Shown: positions 9,930-22,100 of the stretch, one piece after another | Layout: every line of letters begins with the position of its first letter | Position numbering within the stretch: position 1 is the stretch's first letter | NCBI GenBank assembly: GCA_000002435.2 | Contig: CM018793.1 | DNA: 64,000 nucleotides | From: Giardia intestinalis | Lineage: Eukaryota | Direction: 5' to 3' (one strand) | Notes under the pieces: generated by a model | Told to the model about the DNA's origin: nothing | Seen by the model: only the letters and a program-made list of their open reading frames with translations | Databases searched by the model: none | Translations under genes and position numbers: made by a program

Positions 9930-12521
9930 TTATATAAATATTCCCTCATACATTCCTGCATCCCGGCCTGTGTGTCCTGCCCCCTTAACAGATGCCCTGT
10001 ATGGATCTCTGAGAGCGTCATTTCGATCCCTCATAAGCTCCCATTCTTTTTGTGTTCTGTGCAGATCCGCTTTCCGCTTTGCAGTCTTCGCAGCTTCATC
10101 TGCGGTGATTCTCTTTTGCTGCTCCAGGTCAGCTTGTTGCTTCCTCTTACATTCAGATCGTTCCTCCGCTTGTCTATGTTTAGTTAACTGTATGTTTTCC
10201 AATCGTTTTTGCTTGACCTCGCTTGCTATTTGCGCTTTCTCTGGCCCTGGATATGCTGCCTTTGTGTAGAACATATCCGTTGTTTTTGTGTAGGTATTGG
10301 TTAAGATATTCTCAGTAAATATCTTGACAGTACTTTTCTCTTTGGCCCGCGCGTTTAGTTTTTGCCGTAAAGCATTTGCGGCAGCTCGTGCAACCTCCCC
10401 TTGCTCTATCTGCTCGCGACTTTGCTCCTCACGTGTCTTAATACGCTTACCTAACTCTTTCTCATAGCTATCAATTATTTCCTTGGTAGACTCCTGAACG
10501 GCATCTATATACTTTTGATAGATGGAGAAATCAACACGTACATCTGCGGTTAGCTTCATTTGCTCTCTATCGGCGCGAATAGCTTCTCTTACCCGTGCTA
10601 CCTGCTCACATTTTCGTTGCAGCTCAGCCTGTTCATTCTCTTTCGCTTCCAAAATAGCTTTACGACGATCCTCTAGAATCTGAAGATTAACCTCTTTCAT
10701 GAGAAGGAGCCGCTGCCGTAGCTCTGTAAGAGACATTTCATCTAATAAGCCGTGACCTGCCGTAGTAGAGGAGTCATACTTTTCAAGTAATTTCTTTTCG
10801 CGCTCTGCTCCAACTATTTCCAGCATAGCCTTAATTTGCTTCACTAGCTCTATCCTTTCGATGCTCTCAGCAAGCTTTAAGTCTGCCATATACTCCACGT
10901 TTTGAAGATGCTCTTGTCTTCGCTCGTCCGCGAGCCTCTGCTTCTCTCTCGCTAAATCTTTTTTAGCTTCATCCACCTTTAATTGTAACATGTCGTGCTG
11001 TTCCTTAGCATGCCGCTGAGCCTCTTGGAGTCGTTTATCATCTCTTTCAAAGTACTCAAGGAGCTGCTGAAAATGCTCTTTATTTTCCTCACTTACCTTA
11101 GCTGTTTTCAACTTTAGCGCCACTTCCCGCGCATGTTTTGCATCTTCGAAAGCTAGCTTCGCATCACGCTTATGAAGCTCTATTTCGGCAAGGCGCTTCT
11201 GTTTGTCGAGCTCAAGCATGGCTGCTCGCCACATATCAAACTCCGAACTATCCCGCAAGCCAGCCATATACATATTAAGCTCTTGGGCCTCCACATCCAA
11301 CGCCTTTTCTATAATTGCGTTAGCTCGCAAAATAGTCGCTTTTGTCTCTCTTGGCGGTGGAACCTGGACATATCTCTTGCGTGCCATGGCTTGCTTTCGT
11401 TCAATAGATGCAGCAGCCTCCCGGGCGGCCTCCTCCTGCTTCTTATCGTCCAGTTTCTTTTTGGCCTCGGCGTGCCGACGCTTATCCTCGCTGTACCATT
11501 CAGCTGTGCGCTTATCTGGTTTAGTCAGTTGAGGGAGGAATTGTTTGCGCTCCTCCTCTGCTTTCTTTAGCACCTCGTTCATTGGCTTATTAAGCATAGC
11601 AAGTGGGGCTTTCTTTGCCGTATAGCAGTATTCAGCCTGCACCTCTTCTGGAGTAATATCTGTAATTTTCTTTGATAAAGAAACACTGGTCACAGGAGCA
11701 CTAAACTTTGTGCCAAGTGCTGGTGCTATCGGAGGTGGTGTTCGCCCTTTTTGCCAGGCGCTTTTAGCTTCTGACTTTTGGGATAGCATGGCTATTAGAT
11801 CTGTCGCTTCCTGGTAACAATTATGAACAATCGCATGTGTCAAAGGTCCACGAACATATGTCTCATCAAAGTGTGACTCTAAGATACGTCTTAGATGAAT
11901 AGATAGCCGCGCGTCTTGAACTACGGGCTGTATTGCCTGTTGCATTAATGAATCCTCGGTAGCTTTGTACCTATCGTTTTCCGAGCTACTTTCGTCACCA
12001 GAGCCCTTTTCCGCGATATCTACCGATCCCTTAGTTATTTTGGAAGGTGAGGCGTCGCCCCAAACCAGTCGCAAAAATGGCAGAATAACAGAGGCTTGCT
12101 GAGACACCAGGATGGCTCGTAGCTTGGAAAACGGTTGGCGCAAAAGCTCAAAAATGGTATAGTAAAACAATACATAATAGAGGTTCTTAGCAGATGGAAG
12201 GAGCTGGGGATTTTGCGCGTAAAGTAGGTCAGTACAGCTTTTAAGAACAGGCCTGTTGCTAGCAACCCCGCAACACACATCACTAATGAATTGTCGCTGC
12301 TGTATAGTCATTTGGTCAGTCATATTCTTCAGTGGAGCAGAGGTAGAGACGCCCACAGCAGAGCAGTCGATCCTCACACTGCCTGTTTCATCATCAGTTT
12401 GAGGAATGTACACGGTGTAGTTTTGGAGTACTCCTTCAACGTACTGATAGATATCCTCTCTTGCAGGGCTGTAGTTCGTTAGGCAGCCGCATATTATATC
12501 GACAATAGAGCGAATTTTCAT
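9930..12521 (-). CDS. Large coiled-coil protein (hypothetical; charged K/E/R/Q-rich heptad-like central region)
   Basis: 863-aa ORF with ATG at 12519-12521, preceded on its strand by AT-rich caaaaaactaaaaATG. Residues ~300-800 are dominated by KEELRQ-rich stretches typical of coiled coils (e.g. LQEAQRHAKEQHDMLQLKVDEAKKDLAREKQRLADERRQEHLQN). No recognisable catalytic motifs. Confidence 0.6.
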   Translation of the reverse strand: MKIRSIVDIICGCLTNYSPAREDIYQYVEGVLQNYTVYIPQTDDETGSVRIDCSAVGVSTSAPLKNMTDQMTIQQRQFISDVCCGVASNRPVLKSCTDLLYAQNPQLLPSAKNLYYVLFYYTIFELLRQPFSKLRAILVSQQASVILPFLRLVWGDASPSKITKGSVDIAEKGSGDESSSENDRYKATEDSLMQQAIQPVVQDARLSIHLRRILESHFDETYVRGPLTHAIVHNCYQEATDLIAMLSQKSEAKSAWQKGRTPPPIAPALGTKFSAPVTSVSLSKKITDITPEEVQAEYCYTAKKAPLAMLNKPMNEVLKKAEEERKQFLPQLTKPDKRTAEWYSEDKRRHAEAKKKLDDKKQEEAAREAAASIERKQAMARKRYVQVPPPRETKATILRANAIIEKALDVEAQELNMYMAGLRDSSEFDMWRAAMLELDKQKRLAEIELHKRDAKLAFEDAKHAREVALKLKTAKVSEENKEHFQQLLEYFERDDKRLQEAQRHAKEQHDMLQLKVDEAKKDLAREKQRLADERRQEHLQNVEYMADLKLAESIERIELVKQIKAMLEIVGAEREKKLLEKYDSSTTAGHGLLDEMSLTELRQRLLLMKEVNLQILEDRRKAILEAKENEQAELQRKCEQVARVREAIRADREQMKLTADVRVDFSIYQKYIDAVQESTKEIIDSYEKELGKRIKTREEQSREQIEQGEVARAAANALRQKLNARAKEKSTVKIFTENILTNTYTKTTDMFYTKAAYPGPEKAQIASEVKQKRLENIQLTKHRQAEERSECKRKQQADLEQQKRITADEAAKTAKRKADLHRTQKEWELMRDRNDALRDPYRASVKGAGHTGRDAGMYEGIFI

Positions 12522-12550
12522 TTTTAGTTTTTTGTGTAGTGGCTGATGCC

Positions 12551-13585
12551 TTATTTTTGCCCGCGGACCCCCGTTAGTACGACCTTTATAGGCTCCTTAC
12601 TAACCTCTCTTGTTCTTTTACTATGCAAAAAGTACTGTCCGGAAGGCCTACTGTCACCTTGTCGAGGTTCCTGGCGATGGCTATGCCCCTGGATATGGGC
12701 ACCAGTAACAGGTCCTGAAGTAGCGTGAGCTCCTGGAGAATTGGCATGGGCACCAGAGAAAGTTGAGTTATGTGCATTGCAATTTCCATGGCCGCTGTGA
12801 CTAGTGTTTCCAGACGCAGCAGAGCTCGATACTGGCGTCTGCGCACTTTCGCGAAGCTTTGTGGGGCAGAGGAAAGACTTGGGGTAGCCCATCACTTTAT
12901 CCCAAAGCTCTGCTATATTGCTTGTTGTCTTCTCCTTATCGTCTTCGTCTTCATCTTGCTCTTCTTCAGCAGCTTGGTTCTTTGAAAACGTCTGATGTAT
13001 GCGGTTGGCTTGCCCGATGAGGAACTGCTGGCCCTCGCGAGTCGTGGGTGGGGCGTTATCCACATTGAATTGCCCTATTATGTCTGTTCTTGTATTTTTT
13101 CCTATTGTCATGGTTAGATTGTTGTCAATCTCACTTAAAAGGGTGGTAAGTAGATCTTTAGTAAGCTCTGTGATACCTTGTCTGTTGGCGTCTATTAGAC
13201 TATCACTATCGCGAGCTGAGAGCCTATCTGCAACCATATCAGAATGAATAATATCATGAAGGGTGGGAGCCAACGAGTCAAATGAGAGGTAATCGTCTTG
13301 CTTGATATCTTCGATTGTTATTGGGCGTCGTTTAACAAGTAGGCGCGTCTCAGTAAGAATATCCTCGTTACTATCAATAAGCTTATATTTGGGGTTGCCT
13401 GCGTCTGTGCTCACATTGCGGTAGAGCTCAAAAAAGCACTTGGAATCGGGACGGACCGTATGCTGAATGATAATATGTTGGCGTGCAAATTTGCAGGAGA
13501 CACGACCTTCACATGGAAGGTTGAGAGTGTATTCTCGGCTTGGGTCCGAAGCGAAGTGATAGTAAATCTTCTTCTTTTCGTTCAT
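12551..13585 (-). CDS. DWNN-domain (RBBP6/Mpe1-like ubiquitin-like N-terminal domain) protein with low-complexity His/Gly/Ser-rich C-terminus
   Basis: The N-terminus MNEKKKIYYHFASDPSREYTLNLPCEGRVSCKFARQHIIIQHT...KYKLIDSNEDILTETRLLVKRRPI aligns with the DWNN consensus (MSxVHYKFxS...VTFDG..ISLxDLKxxI...IPKNSSVIVRRIP). No zinc knuckle or RING follows. The start was moved to the ATG at 13583-13585, preceded by ctaatattaaaaATG. The track start 13615 is TTG and the ATG at 13612 lacks an AT-rich initiator. Only 29 bp separate the stop from the next gene's start. Confidence 0.55.
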   Translation of the reverse strand: MNEKKKIYYHFASDPSREYTLNLPCEGRVSCKFARQHIIIQHTVRPDSKCFFELYRNVSTDAGNPKYKLIDSNEDILTETRLLVKRRPITIEDIKQDDYLSFDSLAPTLHDIIHSDMVADRLSARDSDSLIDANRQGITELTKDLLTTLLSEIDNNLTMTIGKNTRTDIIGQFNVDNAPPTTREGQQFLIGQANRIHQTFSKNQAAEEEQDEDEDDKEKTTSNIAELWDKVMGYPKSFLCPTKLRESAQTPVSSSAASGNTSHSGHGNCNAHNSTFSGAHANSPGAHATSGPVTGAHIQGHSHRQEPRQGDSRPSGQYFLHSKRTREVSKEPIKVVLTGVRGQK

Positions 13586-13926
13586 TTTTAATATTAGCTT
13601 CAGTACCGACATCAATGGGGGCCTCTACTGGGGCTATCTACTAGGACTATAACCAATTCTTCTCTCTGGCTCTCAGATTTACTATCTCTAATTGATCAAG
13701 GTCTGAATGGTTAACGCAAAAGCTGTCAGCTTGTGAGTCCCCCAGTGCTACATTGCTGAATGGATTTATTATCAACAGCATGAGACAGTTGTACTTAGGT
13801 CTATCAATGACAAATGGAAAGCGTACCTACAAAATAATATATAAAGCATGCGGAAATGGAGCCAACCAATAAGTTTAGATCCCGGCTACTTGTGCTACTA
13901 CTAATATGAAAAATTGTCACTTATTG

Positions 13927-16011
13927 TCACTTCTCAAAATTGGAAAGAAACAGGGCAATTTTCTTATAATCACCTTTGCGTGCCAAGTCTATTGCACGTT
14001 CACCCTTGTTATTAGTTAGCCCTGCCTCCACATCAGCCAGCACCATCACATTGTTGATGTAGCCGGCCTGTGCTGCATACATCATTGCTGTCATTCCGAA
14101 AGAATCCTGACACCGACCCTCGTAAGGGAGTAGTATCTTGATCATGTTTGCTTTGATTTGGTTTGCTCCTATCATCATGGCCGTTTTACCGTGAATGGTC
14201 TGGAGTCGAGCCTCATAAGGAGCAAGCAAAGAAATACAATCTGTGCGTGATTTGTGTGTTGCGTTTATGAGAGCGGACCAGCCCTGAGAGTCCTGAATTT
14301 TCTGTTCTTTGTCAATCAGCAGGCTCGCTATGTCTGTATATCCATACTGAGCCGCTATGTGGAGAGCTGTGGCTCCTTTATCTGACTGAAGACAGGCCTC
14401 TACATCTCTCAGTAGGCGGACTATTTCCAAGTGCCCAAACTTAGCAGCATTCATCAGTGCTGTCCAGCCTTGATTGTTGCGCCGGCCAGCCTCACGTTCT
14501 AGCAAGATCTGAACTCCTTCAATATTGCCAACACGGGACGCATGCATCAAAGCAGTCCACAAGTTATTATCCACTAGTCCGCTTTCATGTGCGACAAGGA
14601 AACGTATACACTCATTGTGGCCCCGCAGTGCTGCGTACATCATTGCTGTCATTCCGAAAGCATCCCTGGCCCCGACCTCCTTTACGCTCTCTGTAAGAAG
14701 AGCAATGTCATTGGTATCTGCAGCTTCCATGAGAGAGGTTGCATAAACGGGCTGACCGGCAGATGCAAGAGCCTCTTTGGTTCTTTCAGCAGCCACGAGA
14801 AACCCTGCTTTTAAACAGGCAACATATGGTGGCTCCCCGGTGAAGCATGGGATGTCATATTCATATGGAGCCAGGAGAACAGCGACAGGCTCGCTTTTAA
14901 AGGCAAGCGCCATGTTAAATGCGGTTTGCTGGTCATATGATAGCATTCTAGTCTCACTCAGCAAAAGTTCTGCAATATCTGACCGACCAAGCTTCGCAGC
15001 TAACATCAAAGCCGTCCATCCAGCCTCGTTCTGATGTTTGTGTTCTAAGGAGCACTCTGCTAGTAGTCTAGCGACATCCCACTGGTGAGATTTCAGAGCA
15101 AGCACAAGCGCTGTATTTCCATGCGAATCTTGCTTTCCCGCTTCCCCAAGCAATAAGCTCACACACTTGACTGACCCTAATTTAGCAGCATACATGAGCG
15201 CTGTTTGGCCTTTGTTGTCCTGAGCAAGAAGTTCATATTCTAACAAGATCTCCACTGCACTGAGCAGGTTCAAACTAGCTGCTACCATGAGAGCGGTTTG
15301 TCCTTTCGCATTTTTCTGTTTAGCGCATGCTCGCAGCAAACCTCGTGGAAATGCTGTTTGCCCTGACTGCAAGAGGTTTATCAGTTTAGTATTTTCTTCT
15401 GCGCACTTACACCTAGAATCTAAACGTTCCTGAATAAGCTCATAGATAACCGGCGCTGCGCTTTCAGACTCTGCTGATAATTGATGCCATAACGCAGATA
15501 GGCTTTCAATGCCCCTAGGTTTCTTGAGAGCTGCAGACATTATCAGAACAAATACATCGACGTTACCGCTTACTGCAGCATAGTATAATTCAGTTCTGCC
15601 TTGTGAATCGACATGTCCCAGTTCTCGTTGTAATAGAATAGGAACAAGAGCGAAGTTATGGTGGATAAGCGCATGCATTAGTGCAGTGTGTCCTGCTTTA
15701 TCCTGAATCCCTGCCTCGTATTTAACAAGCAGTTCTGCTACAGAAGCATAGTTTAGTTTGGAAGCCACCATAAGCGCAGTCTCTCCCGAAAGCGTCTGGA
15801 GTGTCATTTCGTGAGGTAATAGGATGCTAACAAGGAGCGTATCATTGAGACGTGTGGCTTCGATCAATCCTGTCTCACCATCTCCATTCGCACAAAATCG
15901 CCTAAAGCGAGCAAAGCGATTCACATTTTGCCTAACGGTATTTCTATCTGAGCGCTCTATAGCCAAAAACCACAGTGACGGAGATAGAAGCAAAGGCTGA
16001 GAAGACGCCAT
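13927..16011 (-). CDS. Ankyrin-repeat protein (Giardia 'protein 21.1'-like), ~20 ankyrin repeats
   Basis: 694-aa ORF, ATG at 16009-16011. It contains a long series of 33-aa ankyrin units (TALMxAAxxGHxxxVxxLL; e.g. GQTALMVAASLNLLSAVEILLEYE, GWTALMLAAKLGRSDIAELLL, GWTALMNAAKFGHLEIVRLL). AGTGACA follows the TGA stop. Confidence 0.8.
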   Translation of the reverse strand: MASSQPLLLSPSLWFLAIERSDRNTVRQNVNRFARFRRFCANGDGETGLIEATRLNDTLLVSILLPHEMTLQTLSGETALMVASKLNYASVAELLVKYEAGIQDKAGHTALMHALIHHNFALVPILLQRELGHVDSQGRTELYYAAVSGNVDVFVLIMSAALKKPRGIESLSALWHQLSAESESAAPVIYELIQERLDSRCKCAEENTKLINLLQSGQTAFPRGLLRACAKQKNAKGQTALMVAASLNLLSAVEILLEYELLAQDNKGQTALMYAAKLGSVKCVSLLLGEAGKQDSHGNTALVLALKSHQWDVARLLAECSLEHKHQNEAGWTALMLAAKLGRSDIAELLLSETRMLSYDQQTAFNMALAFKSEPVAVLLAPYEYDIPCFTGEPPYVACLKAGFLVAAERTKEALASAGQPVYATSLMEAADTNDIALLTESVKEVGARDAFGMTAMMYAALRGHNECIRFLVAHESGLVDNNLWTALMHASRVGNIEGVQILLEREAGRRNNQGWTALMNAAKFGHLEIVRLLRDVEACLQSDKGATALHIAAQYGYTDIASLLIDKEQKIQDSQGWSALINATHKSRTDCISLLAPYEARLQTIHGKTAMMIGANQIKANMIKILLPYEGRCQDSFGMTAMMYAAQAGYINNVMVLADVEAGLTNNKGERAIDLARKGDYKKIALFLSNFEK

Positions 16012-16134
16012 AAATCTTGAAATAAGTGGATAGGATGAGTTACAAAGGACTGCAAAGGACTAAAAACACTGGTAAACACAACAGAAGCCAGGGTTTTGGA
16101 GCGCGGCCCACAAGTCCCTGATTTGGATTTAAAA
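16012..16134. promoter_or_regulatory. Divergent promoter region between the ankyrin gene (-) and TOR (+)
   Basis: 123-bp spacer between two divergently oriented ATGs. The AT-rich gatttggatttaaaaATG lies immediately upstream of TOR. Confidence 0.4.
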
Positions 16135-19100
16135 ATGAGCACAGACGCAATTACTTCTAGCCGCTTCTATCCCTATCTAGCTGACCTGAAATCTATCGAT
16201 CCAAACATCTACACACGCGCAGCAATGGCGATTCGCATGCAAGTCGAAAAGGACAGTAGACAAATGCTTGCCGATCCTCGTACTCTTTTTATATCTGATC
16301 TTATGAGTTTTATAAGGAATCTTGCCACTTCCTCAAGCTACGAAGACAGACTCGCAAGTCTCTGGGTCATGAGGGAGCTCATCCAATCCCGTCCTACCAT
16401 TAGCATGATTCCTTTGACGTACTTTGAAGAAATCGCCCTTGAACTTGTCAACGACCCTTCTGAAGTTATTATTCTTACTAATTGCGTTTTCATTGGTCGA
16501 TTGATCAACGCTGAAGGCCACGGAATAGACTTTGTTCCAAAGTTGTTTGTAATAAGCATTGATAAAATTAAGAGCGGAGACTCAACAAAGGTCTACACTG
16601 GCATGCTGCTATTCAATGACCTAACTGAGGTGGAGACCAGTTTTGCCATAGATATCTCCAGCGAAGAGTTTCTTGAACCAATCTGGCATGTGATTACGGA
16701 AACGCGAAACAGCAATATCAAGGAAGTGGGCTTCAAGGCTATTAATAAATTCATATCCTATCAAAAGAAAGCTACAAAGCATGACGTTCTGGTACGTCTC
16801 ATAACAATGATTAGAGCTGCGCTAGATGGCAAGAACATTTCTGAGCAGCTCATTGCCCTGCATCTGCTCCTGAACATGCTTAATTTGTCAGTCAAAGACA
16901 AGTCGATAGCAGACTATTTCCAGGAAAACTACAGCAGTTTTTTTTCTCTCGTCGCCAATATCTTCCGTTCTAAGACATCCGAGGGGCGTATGCTTGTTGC
17001 ATCCATTATCTCGCTTTTTGCTAAATTAGACCCAGAGAGATTTTGCACAACTGAACGGCTACAGATGATACTGACATTTTACAAGAAAATGATACCCACA
17101 CAACAGGAGCTGTTTATTCCTCTAGGAGAGTTCGTCATAGTCATAGGGGAAAAGCACGTTAAACCAATTTTCAATGACTTAATCAATCTCATCACCTCAT
17201 CTTTTAAGTCACAGAATTTCACAAAGGCAGGGAGTATACTACCACCGGAGCCTCTCAAGTGTATCCAATACATTACAAAAGGGGCGCCGAACCTCGTCCA
17301 GAAACATGTCACTTCGATTTTGGAATGCATCTTCTCTGTGGGACTCTGTGAATCTCTCACCTCTGCTCTTCAAGACCTTTCTGCAAATTTACATAACCGG
17401 CTACTGGATATCCAAGGCCTACTTCTTTACTTGGTCGCCAATGAGCTGGGTGGAATCAACTTGTTTCTTTCCAATGCTTATGGAGTAATTGATGGGTCAG
17501 AAGATTACTATCTTGTGCTTACGGAGAATCAATCTCAAGCAGTTGCTGATGGACATGACTCAGGCGTCCTTGACTCCCAGACTTCCATTATCCCCGGGAC
17601 ACGACCCTCAACTACCCAAGCCACCACTCACGTGGAAGATACGCGCACCAATGAAGATGCGATTGAGCTGGCTCACGACTTATCTATTACTGGTCTCAAA
17701 GAGGAATCGGAGCAATGTGACTTTAAAAACTCTCTTTCTGTCTATCAAACTGTTACTACATCAGCCGGTATAACGGCGTTATATAAGCTTTCAGATCGCA
17801 TTGCAACAGCATTAGGAACCAGCAAGCTTCGTCCCCGTCGCCACTCCACAAGTGAAGCCATCCTTTTAGCATTCCAAGCGCTATACGATTTTGACTTTAG
17901 TTTATTTGATCTGACAATCTTTGCAGCTGATTACCTGACGCGCTATCTCCGGAATGACAGTAGCACACTTCGCATCAAAGCAGCTCAAACTATTCTAAAG
18001 CTAATGTCTGAGGACCACTTTGAAAAGATACGGCGTGGAAAGCACTCGCAGTACAAAAGTATGACTATAAAAGCGGAGGATTGTCACTCTTGGGCTGGGT
18101 CCACTCTTGGAGAGGCTCCGACGCCATCCGGTGGAGCCACAATTATCCCACCTGCTGTTGTTTCCAACCAATCATTCGCTACCACTATTAGCCCCAAGAC
18201 TAGACATATCAGAACACACTCTAGTTCTCACCTTGATGACATGAGCTCCACAAGCTTCTGTATTAACCAGGACTGCATTTTGTCCCAAGACATCCTTAAG
18301 TCGAGCGATCTAGGCACTGATGGCTTTTTTAATTCGGGTCCATACCGACACATGCTTATATCTGACACGCTGCGGCAAATCATTATAATAGGAACCACAG
18401 ACATCGATCCGGAGGTCCGCATGTCTATAATTCAGGCGTTAACCACTACAAATAGGTATGATATATATCTTGTGCACGAGAGCAGTCTCAGGACCCTTTT
18501 TATTGCTTTGTATGATGATAATATTGAGATACGCATCCTTGCCGTGAAGTTGATAGGCCGTCTCTGTTCGTTGAATCCTGCGCTTGTGACTCCCGAAATC
18601 AGGCATCTTATTCTCGTTCTATTGACAGAACTCCGTCTGACCACAGAAAATAATAAGAGGGCTACATCCAATGAGCTGATCGTCAAGATATTTAAGTTTT
18701 GCGGGTCCATTGTTCTCCCTTACGTGCCCATGGTATATTCAGCTGTCATGGGGCTCATTTCAAAAGACTGTGACGACGAGTACTTGCTGATTACATCTCT
18801 TACAACTCTTGCTGAGCTTTTCACTATCGGCTCCACTAGTATGGTACATTGTCTAGCAGAGGTCATTCCTCTTCTGATTACTTGCATTAAAGAAGAGACG
18901 TCAAAGACTCTGAGACTGACCACCACCCGATGCTTTGTTCGGATTGTTGAAGCAACATCATTCGTCGTCTTCCCATGGTTTATTTACCATGATCTCTTTA
19001 CCATAGTGTTTGGTATCCTTAAAAATGATACATCTCAGGAAATACGTCTTGAAGCAGCCAAGCTTATAACGACCATCGGCGCTATCGATCCCATATTCTA

Positions 19101-22100
19101 TCAGAATGGGAAGCCGGATCTATCTGCGCTTGTTCCTCCCACCAATCTGACCTGTAAGTGCCAGTCCACCGACGTCTTTTCCTTAGACTATATCATGGAC
19201 GAGTCTAACATCTGGGTATGCCACAAGGGTGAAGGAGGCGCAGCACAAGAAGCGTCTATCAAATCGCATGGAAAGGCGGTTGTCAGTCCAATAACGGGCC
19301 ACGTCGTGGAGAACGTCTATATTATGAAACTGGATAGCGGATCCGAGGTTTCTGCTAATGTCTCTGATTTTGAGTTGACTCTAAATGTGATTATGTCTAC
19401 ACTTTACTCTATCCTGTCTGAGAGCACCTTAGACATGTACCACTATGACGCCGTTGTGGTCTTTCGAACAATTATCCAGACAGAATGCACAGCGATAAGC
19501 CTCCCAATGGTGCCTAAGATAATATCTTTAATTCTTGAAAACATACAAAATTGTAAGGTATTCATGCAGGAAACAATGCTTCGCGAGCTCATTCTTATAA
19601 TATCAAGCATCGGGCACCACGCACACTCTTATGTTTCTGATATTTTTGACATAATAGAAGTGCTGTGGGCGAACCAGCAGCTCATAGAGCTTATTCTTGC
19701 GCTCCTCGAAGAGGTGAGTATTGTATTGGATTTGTCTTTAGGAAACTATGGCTCGCAATTTTTCCTAAAGTTTGTAGGTCTTTTCACTGTGCTAAAGTCA
19801 TCCCAGGAGATAAGTGACTCTGCAAAGAAGCTTCTTATAAGGGCTTGCCGGTCTGTTGTGGCCCTCTCAAGCCTATTCTCAAACCACATACATTTAATTG
19901 TGGACCTTCTTTGCTCTGGGATTCGTAAGCAGAAGCTGGGTAAAGAGCTCCGATTCGCTCTTCTGGATACTCTCTCTCGGCTTACTATTTGCACTAACCT
20001 TTCCCGCTTTGGAGCAAGCATAATCCATCCTATCCTCGAAGTCATCATGGAAGCAGATCCTTGTACGTCTGTAGAGCATAATAAGAATGCAAACCCCGAG
20101 AAGGGTCTGAATCCTATGAACATAGTTTCTTATAAAGCATTTGAGGTCCTGCACTTTATTTGCGCTCAGTTTGGCGTTTCTGTGACTCTTTATATTCCTG
20201 TCATTACCGAGTGTCTTCTGAAGGTTGGCTTTACTTCTGGTCTTTTGGACTCCATCTTTTCCTTACTACTACGACGCGAAGAAGTTGATCCAGTTACTTT
20301 TTATCGCCTGATTTGTGAGTGGAAGAAAAAGCAAGCTAAAAAATTCTCTGAGTATACTTCCTTGGCTTCCTTGTTGGCCATGTATGAGACTCCAGTTACA
20401 CAAGATACACTTCTTTATATGGAGAGCATCTCAAACAAGGTACCTGGCGACGATAAAGATGCTATGATTCTGGTCGTTAAAGATATCAACTTCGATGATA
20501 TAGGCAGTGTGATTAATTATCTTCACACATCATCTACATGGTTTGGGGACGATATGCGCCCGCTCCCGGCAGGCGCGATAGGCGTGCATAGCCTTTCTAT
20601 TCAGGAAAACGACATGCTTAATAAGCACGTCACCATTCCTCAGCAGATATGGCGCGCAGACACATGCAAGAAGAACGAAGAGTGGCGTCATTGGCTTTCA
20701 AATCTTAGCCTGACCCTTCTCCAATGTTCTCCTCTTAAATGTCTGCGGGCATGCCATAAGCTGGCCACTTCCTATCCTCGTGTAGCACGTGATTTATTTA
20801 ATTACTCCTTCCTTGCATGCCTTTCTGAGACATACCCCAGCAATAATGAGCACAGGAATTATATCGTTGAGTCTATCCGGTCTGTATTTCTATCACAGAA
20901 CTGTCCGCTAGATGTTCTACAAATTTTGCTGGATTTGGCAGAGTTCTGGGAGAACAGGTCCCGTGAGTTCAGCACCACGTTCAGCCACAATTTCTTGGGA
21001 GAGGTAGCCGAGCGATGCCATGCGTATACGCGCTCTCTGCGCTACAAGGAAACAGAGTATGCACAACACCCGATAGAGGCAGTTGGTCGTCTTATTGCAA
21101 TTAATTATAGTTTAGGGTATGAGGAGACGGCCATAGGGACTCTGAGGGTTGAGTGCAAGCGGCTTAACTTCATCTCTACAAACCTAATCTATGACATATT
21201 GCTACGTTGCCTATATACGGGGTTGGATGACGTTTTCACAATGATGCAAAGGGAAGGAGGCCTTGAGCCTGGGGCAGCTGTTAATTGTTCAGCAGAGTCA
21301 ACCTTGGAGCGTATTATCAACAAGGTTGTTTCGAAAATTGTCACAAAGGCTTTAACAGAAGCGAAGAAAATTTCCAATCTTAACCAGTCCATTCCCCAGC
21401 AACTTGTGTCTTATGGCTCGATAGGTGGCATATTTGTTGAGGGACGGCCCGTGATGTCTGGGCCAGAGGGCAGCGTTCTTCAGGTAGACTATAATGAAAT
21501 AGGTATTTATTTAAGCGCGCTGGCGCGAAGGATGCTAAAAAGCAAGCTTACCTATCAATACCCCACCTTTCTGATGTATGAGGAAAACCTCTTTCAATCA
21601 GTGCTCAAGACTCTTCGCTACAAGGCACAGGGACACATGCAAGATCTCTACGGCCCCAGTCCTAAGTGGTTTGAAAATGTGTGTCTTTGGGACAAGGCTC
21701 TTTCTGGGTACAATCGTCAGATAGATCAGCTAAAGCTAAGCCTCAAGTCTAATACATCTGAGGCACGAACTCTACTTCCGATGCTCGTTAACCTCACGAA
21801 GGATAAAATTCGTTGCTTGTTTGCGCTTGCTGATTACTCGGCCGTCCAGGAAGAAGCCGATCAGTTGCTAAATTACCTGTCCTCTGAATCTAAAGAAGAA
21901 GCAGGGCTCACAACAGTAAAACATACACTCATCAAAGGATTTCAAGCAGATATTGCAACATATGCTGCATGGAGTCTTTTGGAGCAAGACCAAGAGGACG
22001 TGGAAATCTGGCTGCGAGTCCTTCCAGAAGACAATATCGATGGAACAATTATACGTGCCACATCGTATATAAAGGCGAACAAGATGTTGGAGGCCCATAA

